From assembly GCF_964355755.1 (NCBI RefSeq), contig NC_092678.1, positions 3,054,422 through 3,118,421 of the forward strand: a DNA stretch of 64,000 nucleotides, written 5' to 3'. Of the stretch, positions 25,701 through 39,276 are shown piece after piece. How positions within the stretch are numbered: the first letter of the stretch is position 1; every line of letters begins with the position of its first letter. The translations under genes were made by a program, and so were the position numbers. Origin of the DNA: Antedon mediterranea (taxonomy: Eukaryota > Animalia > Echinodermata). The notes beneath the pieces are model-generated. The model worked only from the letters and a program-made list of their open reading frames with translations. It did no database searches and was not told the DNA's origin.

Positions 25701-28700
25701 TATCTTTGTAAATCGGATCAAGTCGGAGAACAATTAAATTCCGCATTTGCAAGAAACTTGTTTGTGCAGTTATACAGCCCTATACCATCGTGCAGTAAGG
25801 TTTACTGCAAATACCGTTCGCGATGCATGATGGGACCGAATTGGAAGCAACAACGCAACCACTTGTATAATAAAGTTTGCATTATAATAACAAAAGCGTC
25901 TATGAACGTACTTAGGAAAAATGTATGTATTCAAAACAATATCATCGTGATTTTTAGGTACACAGGTACCGATATGCGTGATATAATCTAAAGGCAAGTT
26001 GCAAAGAGTACTCTCGTTCGTCTGTTGGATTTGAACTGAAAGATGTGTAAGTGTCTCTTGTTTGAAATATACAAGCCGTTTAATCAATCGAACATTGAAA
26101 AGTAAATCCATAAAAAATCTGTGTAACTTTAATATTTTAAAATGTCTCAGTTACTGCTGTAACCTGTAAGCCTAATAGGTTAACATTACGTAGAAATCTT
26201 GTGTACGACAACAATAATACGGTAGTGTTTACGTTCTTTTGAATCTAACTTTACACGTGAAAACAATTCTTTTCCTATACCATGGACGAACATTTTGACG
26301 TTTATGAGACAACGCTCTCATCAAATATAGGCCTACAGCTCAAAATCTCCAAAGGTATATTCGTAAGAATGATTAAACATACAGTAAAAAAAAATAGGTT
26401 GGAAGAGACTTTCTAGTAAACGGCGATGATAGACCGTCAAAAAATGGAAACTGTGGGGAACTCATTGCGAGGCTATTACCGATGCAAACATCGGACACAC
26501 CGTCACTCTAACTAACGTTGAGATTGAGGTCTACAATGACGCTCAACAAGTCAAGTCTTTGGATTTGACAACCACAAACGTAAGAACTTAGTTTTCAAAA
26601 ATGTATTCAAAATCACATATTACTGTTACAGCATAATGATTTTGGTTCCATGTAGCCAATTGTTGCCAAAAGCCAAAGTTTCAATATAAGTTCTATCTAT
26701 ATCCAGCTATTTGAGCAAATCTTTACAGCTTCTCTCGCCTTCTTAAATCAATTAATATGCCTACAAGATGACAAAGAAAAACGTTTCTCTTTCATTTTCG
26801 TCACACAGGCTGAAAAAAGGGTATCAATTGACCATCACGGCTGAGGATGAAGAAATTGATCCAGAACCGTAAGTATATAAATTCAGAAAAACATAAACAT
26901 GTAAATAACTTAATCAAATAGCACAGATTTAGACGAAACAAAATTCACTTAACTTACACAAGTTTCTTTTCTTTCCACAGAAAAATTAATCTCCTTACAG
27001 AAAATGATGAGATTTTAGTCTGCGATGTAAATGTTTTCCAATCGTTAAACTACTGAAGAATTTACTAACATGTTGCCAATGAAATGCAAAATAGTCAAAA
27101 ATAACGAATCAATTAAGTCAATTCAAATGGTTAAAAAATAAAAAAAAAACCAAAGCAACAAAAACTTGCGTAATTGTCTTTTATACCATGTGTTTTGTTG
27201 ACAGTATAGTTGAATGCCTTCATCAAAATGTCACTTTTATATCCTAGGCCAGTTGTCTAAAAAATCATATCGGTCTGACTATTAGTTAATACAATAACAT
27301 AATTATTAATTATGAGTCTTGTTAATGGTAGTGTTCAAAATTTGACTTCCTTTAAAAATTATGTATTTTGTGACTTTTTCTAACTTCGAAACGGCAAGTG
27401 TTTTTCTTGAAAAGACGGCGAAAGTATACCTCTGAATAAAGTAGTAACCAATGGCTATACCTTGATGATAGTGATTCTTATTTAATATGTTAAATTTTAT
27501 TTTTAACTGTTTATGTCCATTGCTGGAGTTTTTAGCTTGGCTGCTTTTAGTGTTTCTAGCATGCCATTGCTCAAAGGCACTCCAATCTGAATATTTACTT
27601 CTGCATCGCTCAATTGGTTTTGGATGTAACCCGTCCATTTTCTTAATAAGAGGCCTGCTTGGATATTTAGCCACAATTACTTGTTTGATCTTCTCAAGAT
27701 GCTCCAGACTGTTACTTTCTGATCGGACTTCTTCCTTTTGGCATTTTCTCAAGATCATCAGACGGATTGATTGACCTATCGTTAAATAAACCGTGTTGAG
27801 CTTAATTATTTGATACTGAACTTTCATTTATTTAACACCTTCTTTCTTCCTCGTTCAGTCGATGGACTAAATTGTATCCATGTCAATTGAAAGAGAAAAG
27901 CCACCGTCTGTCAAATCCCATTTCTTCTTTCTGTCAAAACAATTTTATGGTCTAGATGCACCTGTTGTCCACTAACAGAAGAATCAAAACTACTCAGTAT
28001 GTTGTGTTCTTCCAATACAATTAAATATCCTGAATTGCTGTCTGCTATACTAAATGGGTTGGTAAGTTCACTTTCATTATAGTGTTAATCACATTTCTTT
28101 CATTCCTCTTTCTCTCCCCCAAAGGTCAGTGGAATAAAATTTTTGCATAAGGGAAACCAAAACAATAGTGGTCTCTGGTTACAAAGGAAGTATTAGACAA
28201 TCAAGATAGGCTGTATTATCTGGATCAATTGACGGCAAGGGAGGTAAATCAACTTGTGAAAAGTTTCATGCGCATGGAACCAGAGAAAAGCTACACTAAA
28301 GCCAAACAAGCCATCACAAAACAGTATGGAAATAAAGTTTAAATTGGCAGAATCATACCTTCAAAGAGTCAATAACTTCTCAGATATTAAGGCAGAAGAT
28401 GGAGGCAGGATTTCTAAGTTTTTATTACTTTTTTTGGAGTGCCAAGAATATTGCTCATATGGAAGGTTTGCTGAGAAGGTGCATGTAGTTGAATTATCAA
28501 AGGATGGAGAGTGTTGGTATGTGCCACACCATGGTGTTTACCACCCTCAGGATCAAAGACTTTGAGTAGATTTCAACTGTGCTGCCAAATCAGAAGGTTT
28601 GTAAATGAATGATTGTCTTCTTCATCGAATCAAAGGACAACGAAATAGATTTTGTCACAAAATTAATAACCACATTACGTACATGATAAAGCTAATTAAT

Positions 28701-31413
28701 AATATAGACATTGTTACTAGGGCAGCACAGACACCGAACCCACTGACCACCATGTCCAATGTTACTAGGGCAGCACAGAGACCGAACCCACTGACCACCA
28801 TGTCCAATGTTACTGGGCGGAATCAGATGACCAATGTTGTGAATGAAGCTGTGCCGATACATAATGCTCAGCTACAACCCGAATGGACGTTCACAAATGC
28901 AGAACATTCCGAGAACAAGTGAAGTGGTCAAAAACTCAATCAATCAACAATACTCAACCGGTCTGTGTTAAACCTGAAATCGACCAAGCTCCATCAGTAT
29001 CAATGGCTGTGAGTTGTGAGGAACATGCGTTCTAAACAGAAAATTGAGCTTGTGTTCACTGAAGGACCGCTTACACCCTAATAAATGGAGGAGTCAGAAA
29101 GGTTTTAGATTCGAAAATCGCAGCATTCGCTACAGTCGTGTACAGAAAGAAGGGAGAATTCAAAATGTTAAGCTCCTTTGAAGAATTTACGTTGGGGGTA
29201 GAGCTGGTGGTGCAGAAAATAAAATTGCCTACGATAGTAAACGCCCAGTTCTTCTGCTGAAAGAACATTGTCTATCATATCTTATAACTTGTCCAATGCA
29301 TGAACAAGGACATAATGAAGTTGCAGTTACAGCTGGCAAAGTGAGAGCAAGATATTGGATTATAGAAGTTCCTAAATTAGCGAAAACTGTTATATTTAGA
29401 TGGTGAAATGCAGGAAAATGAATCACAAGATGGAAGATCAATTTATGGCTGATCTACCTACCGAGCTTGGACTTTATGATAATCTCGTTTTTCTAATAAG
29501 GCACTTGAGTGATCATTGGTCAGCAAGAACATTGTAGTGATGGTCATTCAACAGGACATATATCCATTACACCTCGCAAAAGGCAAGAAGTGTTTTATAT
29601 AACATTCATTGACAATAGTGACCCTGTTATATTTAACCTTTTCAGAATAGAATATCCTGAAAACAGAAGCAATTATCGAGAAAAGCTACAACTATATATT
29701 AAATAAAGGTAAATATAAAAGCATTTTACAAAATTATAAATTATACCTTCTTTGATTTTACGATAGATATTTAAAGATCTCTTTGGTGGAACCTGGAGTC
29801 AAAGTTGCTGTGCATGTATTATTATTACAGAGGAAAATAGAGACAGTTTTCACGTTGATACTATCCAGAGTGTTCTGGATGATTGTTAAATTTCGGTGGA
29901 TAAAGGTGTTTTTAGGTTAACAAAATGGATTAGCAACGATACCACTGTGATTTACTCCATACCAGATGATGAATGTGCTAAGGAAGTCAAAGGTTTAGAT
30001 TTGAATAATAAAACCTTGCTGACAGAGAGGTGTACTGTACAATGGGATATGAAATTACAGATAAAGAAACCGCTTAAATGAGATGATGATTGCTTAGTCT
30101 TGTTAGTTTAATCTATGATCCACATGGATACGTTTGCCCGTTCACTTGAAGGCAAAAGTTATAGTACAAGAGCTTAAACAGAAACTTAGTTGGGATGAAT
30201 CACTACCTGTAGATCTTCTTGAGAGTTGGCAAAAATGTTAGATGATAAAAAAAAGATTACACAGAATTGTTGTAAAGAAATCTTGTTAGCAAGTTATTAA
30301 CCTGTTAGTGACATAAGTTCACAACTATATATGGTTCAAAACTACAATGGGTGGAAATGCTTCGTTGAGGAAGGCTTGTATAGGTTATACAGAGACACTC
30401 AGAAGAAAAAGAAATCAAAATGCATTGACCTGATAACCAACTCAACTATATTTTGTACGTATAAGCAGAATGTCATGAATATCATGGAACATTGGGTGGA
30501 AAGGAGGCAGAAGTAGCTATAGACAAGTACAAATAGAGAAAACAAATCTATTTGATTGTCTTGTATAAGAATGGAAGGATGCGGTAAAGTTACGACCAAC
30601 AACAAGAAAGTTGAGAGCTGACAGCGATGTATTTTCTATCAGTAGTAGAGCCTTGAAAGCTTCAAGTACAGCTTCCGTGAAACCACCAAAATGTACTACT
30701 ACTACTCTACGGTGAAAATCAAATTGGCAAAGGTGAAGAAAGTTTCCTATTAAAATAATGGAGGAAGGAATTGATAGGAATATCGACTGTGTGCCTGATC
30801 ATGTTATTTACAAATGTTTGAAAATGGACACCATACTCAGAGACATGTTGATGATAATCAGCTAGTCTCACGGAAAATAATTTGAAAATAAGATAGCACG
30901 CATGTTAACTGATGATTGTATCAGACTTTATTTTTAAAATCTGACAGAGGTCATCGGAGAAGCAGCAAAATTAGCAAAAAACATGTTTGGTAACCATACA
31001 TGGCTGCAGTCACGTGCTCAAGTTAGTGTTTATCGACCGACCGACCAAGCGACATATTGAGCCTTAACAAGCCCTTTCTGGACTTACTAAAAACGTAAGT
31101 CCAGGAAGGGCTTCATAAGTGTCACAAATAAGCAACATCCTTAACTACTGTATTAGTATAATTCTATACTTGTAATGGCCTACGCAAACTAATGTCCAGA
31201 AAATGATATTGTGATGGGTATATTATGAAATATTTAAATTTTACACCACCTCAGATGGGGACCCAACTTGTCAGACACAAAACTTGTAATTTCAGATAGG
31301 GCCCCGATTCTGATGTTCAGCTGAAAAATGTATCTTTTCACAGATTGGGTAAAGTTTCGAAATATGTCTTAAATACTAAATTTGTTTGCGTTGATTCCCC
31401 TTATAATACCACA

Positions 31414-31709
31414 TTTCTATAGTGCCCTTTTCATGAGTAATCATGCTCAAAGGCGCTTTACATATCATTATTACCCCGGTTTATTTATTGGATCAAACAC
31501 GTATGGAAACATACTCCCATAATGCAGCTTGAAATCAGCGCATAGTTGTGTCTTGATCTAACCGGGTACCCATTTTATACACCTGGGTGGAGAGAGGCAA
31601 ATGTAAGTAAAGTGTCTTGCCTAAGGATACAAGCAATGCGGCAAAAAATGGATCCAGGATCTCACGATCAGTAATCCAGCGTCCAACACACTGCACCACA
31701 CGCCCTCAC
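31414..31709 (-). mobile_element. tRNA-derived SINE with a conserved central domain and a LINE-like 3' tail
   Basis: Minus strand: tRNA-like head GGCGTGTGGTGCAGTG.., core CCTTAGGCAAGACACTTTAC...GCCTCTCTCCACCCAGGTGTATAAAATGGGTACC, tail GTAAAGCGCCTTTGAG...GGCACTATAGAAA. Confidence 0.75.
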
Positions 31710-31806
31710 AAAAATAATCCCCTTGCCTTAAGGCCCTATCAGAGGGCTTCAAGTGTCATGTTAGGATACCAAAATTTTAAACATTTTCTATTATTACATT
31801 ACATTT

Positions 31807-33485
31807 TCAAGACCTGGCCACATCATTACCCAATTCGTACATTGTTCTTAACATAGTATAACTCTCTGAATAACGAGAGTAGTTTGCTTGGGTAGTCTCT
31901 TTCCACCTAGAAAAAAATGCAAAAACAAATACAAAAATAAATACAGATAGTTTTTGCGGTAGTCACATCAATTTGTGACACTCAATAAGTTTATTTATCC
32001 CTTAATCTAAAGCGCGGTCTAATTTATGTTTTTTTTCCGATTATTTAACAACACAACGCGGTCTTCCGTTCGTGATTTTGCTCAACTGCGCTTAGAATTT
32101 CATTACGGTAAACTCCTTTGATAAACAGAAATGGAATTGAATATTTCAACCACTTACTTTTGTCTGATTTGCCTCCACCTTTGCAGATGGTTTTGAAGCA
32201 GGATTTCTCCGGCAGGTGCGGTGTCAGGGTCCATATTGATATCAAGTGCCTCATCTGGTTGGTGAACTGGTGAAGGTATCCTGAGATCTCTGTCATCTGG
32301 GCCTTGGATTGGTGCAGCCAGAGGTGGCGGCATCTTGTATATATCTTTTGTGGACGATTCCTTTAGAAAAATGTGTAGTATCATTATTATTATTATCGAC
32401 ACTAATATTTAGATAATATAAAAAAAAAACCATATTAATCAGTTCGAATGCAGTTAATCACAAACTCTGAAGTTTATGGAATACGGAAGGCATGAAATAA
32501 ACATGATCTATTAAAGAATGTAAAATGACATTTACTTGATCAGAATCTGGTAGAGGTTCAGGAGATGGGGTGCGAGTTCTGGTTGGATGTTTCGCTTGTG
32601 GTTGGTTATTCATCCAATCACGGCAGACAGGGTATAGTGGAGTACTGCTTTCAAACTGTGCCAGATCTAAGCTTCTATCAAACAACTTCATAATGTATGT
32701 ATCTACAGAGAAAACAAAATAAACATGAATCCTGAATAAACAGTGTGAAGTATCATTAAATCATATCAGGGAAGATGCTGGATGTTCTGGTCGGGGAGGG
32801 GAATTGAGGGGTGGGGAATTGGAATTTTTTTATATAATGTATACTGGATTGAATGGGGTGCTTATAAGAAATCTAAATTTATCTTACGTTTCAAATGAAT
32901 ACTTTCAACTAAAGCAGTGTCAAAGTCGGTATTTGATGAAATTTCTCTTTTCTTGCGTTTTCTCGATCGATTTGATATTTTCTTAGATGGAGATGATGTT
33001 GACACAGATGACCCTTCACTTTAAAAAAAATTACCAAATAAGGTATTAGAAACAAACATACAGGTTCTGTATTATGGTATTACTATTGGAATTGCCATAT
33101 TAGGTATCTAAACGACAAAATTAGGTTCTTTCCAAATTTGATAAATTGTTTACCTTTTGATGTCTTGTGGGCTTTTTGTTGACAATTCATCTTCTGAGGG
33201 GTCACTATCAAGAAAGAAATGATGCAAACAATTAATACTAATAGCAATAATTCTAGTGGTTTAAATTAACTGCATAATAAGTCTGGAGGAAGACAAAATT
33301 ATGATGAAAAATTCTAGTGGTTTAAATTAACTGCATAATAAGTCTGGAGGAAGACAAAATTATGATGAAAAGTTTTACCCTTCGTCAGCTTGGTCCACCA
33401 GATGCTGCAGAACACCATCTAGACGACTTCTTGCTACTGTAACATCTGGACTATTCAACATTTCTTGCTTAATCTCAAGTGCCAT
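31807..33485 (-). CDS. LIN37: Protein lin-37 homolog (MuvB/DREAM complex); exons 33485-33379, 33204-33154, 33018-32888, 32702-32536, 32360-32158, 31906-31807
   Basis: ARSRLDGVLQHL; HTYIMKLFDRSLDLAQFESSTPLYPVCRDWMNNQP; LLQNHLQRWRQIRQKWKE...RYSES. Phases are consistent. A probable 5'UTR exon ends at a donor at 34819. Confidence 0.93.
33249..33371. repeat. 61-bp tandem duplication in a LIN37 intron
   Basis: AATTCTAGTGGTTTAAATTAACTGCATAATAAGTCTGGAGGAAGACAAAATTATGATGAAA occurs twice. Confidence 0.9.
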
Positions 33486-34209
33486 TGTACTTAAAGGTAA
33501 ATATTCCTGTCAATATAAATAAATTTAATCATTTAAATGTTCAATTCTCTACAGTACAGTTAATCAATAATTAAAATGTGAAACAAAAAAACAGTGGCCC
33601 AATTACTAGCCTAAATTTACTACTACTGTACTCAGTGAGTATGAACTAAAAAAAATATTACTTAATATTAAAATAATATCAATCAGTTTATTATTATAAA
33701 TTAATAATAATTAATAGCCATAATAATATAAACAAATAATCTACCTACCATCTATATACAGTAGAGCCTCTGTTTTACGTAACCCTGATTTTACCTTCCC
33801 TGGATTTTACGTACGCATAAAATGACCGATGACGTCTTAATTTTTACTAATTGATTACATAAATATTATTTTCTTACATTGAGGGCGCAATTTAATTTAA
33901 AAAATCACAAAGCCAACGCTGTGAGACAAGCCACACACGTGCATTTCCCCTACAGCAGCGACTGTTTTTTCTTTATAGAAAATACAAGAACATTTATTTT
34001 TTATTTATAACACTTTATTTAATCATAACGCAGAGCCTGCTAGGCCTGCGCGAGTAAAGGAGGTAAACACAAAAGCCTTTTTAGCCACGAGCTACGTATT
34101 TGAGGTCAATTTAAGGTCAACCTGGACTTTACGAATCCTATTGGTCGCGTACCGTATAATATAGAATAACAAATACATAAAACTTTCCGTGTACTATACA
34201 TAATTTAAA

Positions 34210-34705
34210 TATAGGCCTAGCTGAGTAGCCGCCTTAGACTATTAGTTAGGCTTTTTATAGATAAGATAGGCCTAGCTATAGGAGACCAACTCACTCAATC
34301 AATACTAATTAGAGTTCAGGCCCATCCTACCCTCTAATTAGTCTCTATCTCTAGCCTACCTAGTAGGCCTCTAGTACTACTAGCCTAGCTAGGGCCAGCC
34401 TACACTACAGTAGTCCTGCCTTACAATACTAGCTAGCCTAGCTAGCTAGGCCTAGTAGGCTAGCTAGAGAGAGCCGAGGCTAGCTAGCCTAGGCCTAGCC
34501 CGCGCCTGTAGTAGAGCTTCTAGGCCCTCTAGCTACTAGGCCTCCTACTAGAGTAAAATAGGCCTGTCCAGATAGTAGGCTAGGCCTACTAGTAGTAGGC
34601 TAGGCCTAGGCTAGGGCCTAGCTATAGGCCCAACAAGAAGGCCTAACTTTTTAGGCCTAGCCTATATATACTACATAGATAGGCCTAGCCTAGGCCTAGA
34701 CAGAC
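34210..34705. repeat. TAGGCCTA/CTAG palindrome-rich low-complexity tract in the LIN37 5' intron
   Basis: Many overlapping TAGGCCTA, CTAG and TAGCTA words. Confidence 0.85.
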
Positions 34706-34819
34706 CTATTTTTTATAGATAACAGTCAAATATGAACCTAGATAAAGTTAATTAATGTTAAATACTGCATATATAAATAAATAATTGTTAATTATTGCAT
34801 TTTGTTGAAAAACCTTACC

Positions 34820-35378
34820 TGAAAATTCGAAACCGACGCTATTTTAGTTTTGTATAAACTATGGGACGTCTTTAGTGCCTTTTTGATTGCACGCCGTTTC
34901 TTGTTTGCTTTTTTTTCTGTTCACACTTTTATACATACATACTTTTTTTGTAATTAAGTATTTAAAATTAAAGTTTAATGAAATGCAGATTGCAACTAAT
35001 TTTCTAAAATATCAGCCAATACAATTTAAGTAAATATTCTTTGGTACAATTTTACTTACCACACGCGCCATAGCTGCCTTACAGCTCAATTGCACTTTGA
35101 CCGAATTCATTTTTATAAAATATGTTAAATAAACCCTATTATTTTGTATTTTTCTTTATTTTTATTTATTTAAACTACTTTTGATATTTATTTTAATATA
35201 TTTTTATATTTTAAAATGGGTTTAACTTATATTTTAAAATAATATTGGTAATGAATTTGTGATGAAAAGAACTAATATTTACAAATATAAAGAAAAGCAG
35301 TAGCAGACGACGACGGCGGCATGGTAATTTCACATCCACGTTAAAAAAACGAAGTTTGTTGGGGGTTTTTGATTAAAA
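34820..35378. promoter_or_regulatory. Probable bidirectional promoter shared by LIN37 and RRP9
   Basis: Only ~560 bp separate the LIN37 5'UTR donor (minus strand) from the RRP9 ATG (plus strand). CpG-containing patches flank an AT-rich core. TSSs are not visible from sequence. Confidence 0.6.
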
Positions 35379-38300
35379 ATGTCTTTTTTCATTAAGGAAT
35401 CGGGTAAATCAAAGACTAAGAACCGTAAAGTATGTTTTTATTTATACAAATATGCAATATCTAACATATATACAGCTTTTATGTAAGAATAAATAGCTTT
35501 TAATAATGATAGCTATCTATTAAAGACCTGACCGGCCTACGTTTGGAGAATAAAGGCTTGTGCAAGCAGTGGTCGTCGAGGGTAACTTTATAAAGAGTCA
35601 GTTCGTCCCAATCCTTCGTATTACTTGCTTGATGATTGTTTCGTTCTTTCTAATCAATTCATTCAATCCGTTATTTTCATATTATATATATCCAATTTAC
35701 AATGTTATATTCATTATTTAATATAAAATTAAAAAACAACAATTTACTAGCCTACATTTATTAATACATTTTTTAAATTTAAAGGATTTTTGTAATCTTT
35801 ACAGAGAACAGTTGCTGAAAAATCACAGGTGAAGAAAAAAATAAAAAGACAAAGAAATGAAGAAATAGAAAGTGATTCAGATGAAAGGTGCAGTACTGCA
35901 GTGTGAAGTGTTGAATTAGTAACTTTTAGAAATTAATAACAAATATTACAATCAAACCATGATAAAAATAAACAATTGAAAACATTTTTTTACAGTGAAA
36001 ATGAAAGAAAGGTAGATGATCATATTGAAGCATCAGAATCTGAAGAAGAAACTGTACAAGAAAAACGTCTTCGTCTAACAAAACTTTATTTATCACAATT
36101 GGAGGAAGAAGGTATTATATGAATTGTTTTTTGGTCAAAGATTCTCATACGAATGCATGGATGACAAACTCCAATATACTCCCTGAAAGCTTCAAATAGG
36201 ATATGCGCTATATTCTTTACTGTGTTAATCAACGCTTTTATTTTTTAAATTGCATTAATTATTAATATACAGCTACAATATTATTGCTTTGTTTTTAGAA
36301 AGAGAAAAAAATGAACTAAAGGAAATTGATGAAGATGCCGTAGCGCACAGATTGAAAGATGAAATTGTGAGTTGTTGGTTTGTTTTGTAACTGAATGTTT
36401 CATTTGATTGGTGCCCTTTCCTGCAATAAGAACAAAGTGTAATGTTGTTATCTCACACCATTATACAATTTTAATTGATATATTTTCATAACTTTTTAAA
36501 GAATATGGTTCATAATATACCATTTTTTCACACTATATTTAAGCTTGAACAAAGAGGAAAACTTCAACGTAAGGTAGCAGAGACTCTTGTTGCTCCTTCA
36601 AGTGATGACATCAGAATTTTAAGAGGTCACAAGTTACCTTTGACCTGTCTTGTAGTCTCATCCGACAGCCAGTTCATCTACAGTGCTTCTAAGGATGGAG
36701 CCATTATTAAATGTAAATTTCTTCTCAATTGCTTTTTCTAATACTTTTAAGTACTACTTCAAAGTTAAACCTGATTCTCTTAACATTTTTCAATTTTATT
36801 TTTGTGTGGCACTGTAAATGGTCAGGTTTGTATCCATTAAAAATATATGTACCTTTAAAATAATTTTTTCTTTTCTTAGGGAATTTTGAAACTGGCAAAA
36901 AAATAAAAGTTATTGCAGGTGGAAGAAAGGGAACAGAAGAAACCCACATTGGACATACAACACATGTTTTAGCATTAGCTATATCTACAGACAATAAGTT
37001 TCTGGTAAAGTATTTGTATTTCAAAATATAAAAAATTATTGCATGGTAGTTGAATAGGAGGAGTTGAATAATGCGATTTCTATTTATAAAGTTTTAATGA
37101 TATTTAAAAGTCTGCTAAATTAAATGTTCACATTTTGTTTTAATTGACAGGCATCTGGATGTAAAAATAAAGTGATTCATATATGGAACCCTCAGACTAT
37201 GGATCGAATCCACACATTTACAGGTCATAGAGATTCAATATCGGTAAGTTGCAGTATGTCTGTTAGTCCAAGTAAGATTTCTTAGGCATAACAAAATATT
37301 TGTTGAAAAAAAAAAATTGTGATGCTCAATTCTGTAAATCTTGTACTATTTCTTATCCGTATTCATTTTTTGTATATGTTTGTCAACTATCTGTTCTTAA
37401 CAATATGCTGTGATTTGTTGTTTTTTTTTCTTCAGGGTTTAGCCTTTAGAAAAGGGACACATCAGTTATTTAGTGCATCACATGATAGATCAGTAAAAGT
37501 GTGGAATCTAGATGAGATGGCTTACGTAGAAACACTGTAAGAAGATCAATTTTAAAAACTGATTACTTTCACAATTTTTATAACTTTAAACTTGTGTATA
37601 TTAACATGGTTAATAAAAGCAAGTTTATCTGTTTTTGTATAGCTCCGAGCAAATATAATTTCTATGTATATTTTATATGCAAATGACAATAAATAGAAGT
37701 AATTTTCCACTGATGAATGAATGAATGAATTTTCACTAGCTCCTTGGCTTAAATATCACTTGTGTGTATGTGCATATCTACATGCTTATAAGATCTTGAG
37801 TAGATGCAATAATTATATCCAGCGTTCATAATATTTAATTACTTTTCTACTTATTTAAATTTCTAGCTTCGGTCATCAAGATTCAATAACGGCCATTGAC
37901 AGTTTGACGCGGGATAGAGCCATTACAGCCGGAAGTCGCGATAATACCATTAGGATCTGGAAAATCCCGGAAGAATCACAACTAGTTTTTAAAAACCAAA
38001 GGTACGTAGGATTGGTCATTTTGATTTTTTAGTCAATCAATCATTGTAGACTATTATTTTGATGTCTTCAGTGTCCCCAAAACGCCATTATTGCAAGTAG
38101 TATATTATATAGGTTGGACATACACTTCTATAATTAAACATGGAAACTGCATCAAGAAGAAAAAAAGATTATCAAAAAAGCTAAAATCTATTTGTTTTTT
38201 GAAGCGGGTCAATCGACTGTGTTAGACTGATAAATGAAGAACACATGATATCTGGTGGGGAGGATGGGTAAGTTATTTTTTTATAAAGGTAAATAAGGTA

Positions 38301-39276
38301 GATGAGTTTATGTATTGTATATTTTTTTTTAGCAATAATAATAGGCTGTTAGGGTAGTACCATTATTAGGGTAGTACCATATAAGTGTATAGAAAATATG
38401 GTAGGTATTATTTTTAATAGCTTATGCAAAATAGTTGGCTTTAGCATATTTTATTTGGCTTAGACAAGCTAGAAATACAGGAACTGATTTTGGTATCATT
38501 ATGTATTGTACAGAATTAAAATATTATCACTATTATATAATGCTTTTACAGAAGTGTAGCTATATGGAGTATTATGAAAAAGAAACCTATTGTGGTAGTA
38601 CCGAAGGCCCACGATAATGCGACCAGCAGTGAGGGCGGTCTCCCACAAGAGAACTGGATTAGCTCAGTGGCAGCTTTACACAATTCTGATCTTGTCGCTA
38701 CAGGTACATGTAGGTAGAAGTTGTATTTCCAACATAGCTTAATAGAAAGTATCTGGTAGATATAATCGGCATACCCACATTTAACCTTCTGAGGCCCATA
38801 TGGAAAATATTTAGACAGTTACAGTAGGCCTCTTTAAAACTAACTATTTTATTCTTGTCTTCAATGTGTATGTATATTGCATCCATTTGTTTGTTTTTTT
38901 CGTCTAGGCTCAAGAGATTCATTTGTAAGACTGTGGCTGTGTGGTGCTGGATACAGATCCCTCACCCCTCTGTTCAACATACCTGTGGTAAGTACATTTC
39001 CATAAAGGATTAATATATAAGCATTATATAATATCATACTAAAACATACATGCCAATTTCTTGTGTAATATTATTATTTATTATATTTTCAAAACATAAC
39101 TGCAACTTACTATATTTCCATAGATGGGTACAGTCAACGACTTGCAGTTTACAAGTGATGGACGCCACCTAGTGGCAGCGGTCGGTCAGGAACACAAATG
39201 GGGAAGGTGGTGGCGTTTAAAGAACGCAAAGAACTCTATCGTTATAGTTAAGTTAAACAGAAAAGGAGAGATGTGA
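35379..39276 (+). CDS. RRP9: U3 snoRNP-associated WD40 protein (U3-55K); 13 exons: 35379-35429, 35805-35887, 35996-36111, 36299-36366, 36544-36712, 36880-37004, 37151-37243, 37436-37536, 37867-38001, 38205-38267, 38552-38703, 38908-38986, 39124-39276
   Basis: MSFFIK, ETVQEKRLRL, LRGHKLPLTC, SASHDRSVKVWNLDEMAYVETLFGHQD, WKIPEESQLVF, VGQEHKWGRWWRLKNAKNS. Confidence 0.95.

Larger units (their letters stand above)
17910..30682. repeat. Near-perfect tandem duplication, 6152-bp period, ~2.1 units
   Basis: Identical ORFs recur at exact +6152 offsets (18027/24179/30331; 21154/27306; 23357/29509). I saw only isolated SNPs (22504 A vs 28656 C; 23014 G vs 29166 T region). Confidence 0.95.

Noticed and set aside
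13900-30300. Intact autonomous BEL/Pao retrotransposon
   Set aside because: Domains are fragmented, out of order and full of stops, and the RT YVDD core was not found.
31640-31709. tRNA gene
   Set aside because: It is a degenerate SINE head; I could not fold a cloverleaf and the B-box is decayed.
33757-34200. pogo/Tigger-like MITE starting TACAGTAGAGCCTC
   Set aside because: No matching inverted terminus was found; at most a fragment.
35430-39123. Intronic snoRNAs in RRP9
   Set aside because: No convincing C/D box pair with a terminal stem or H/ACA structure seen by eye; a covariance-model search would be needed.
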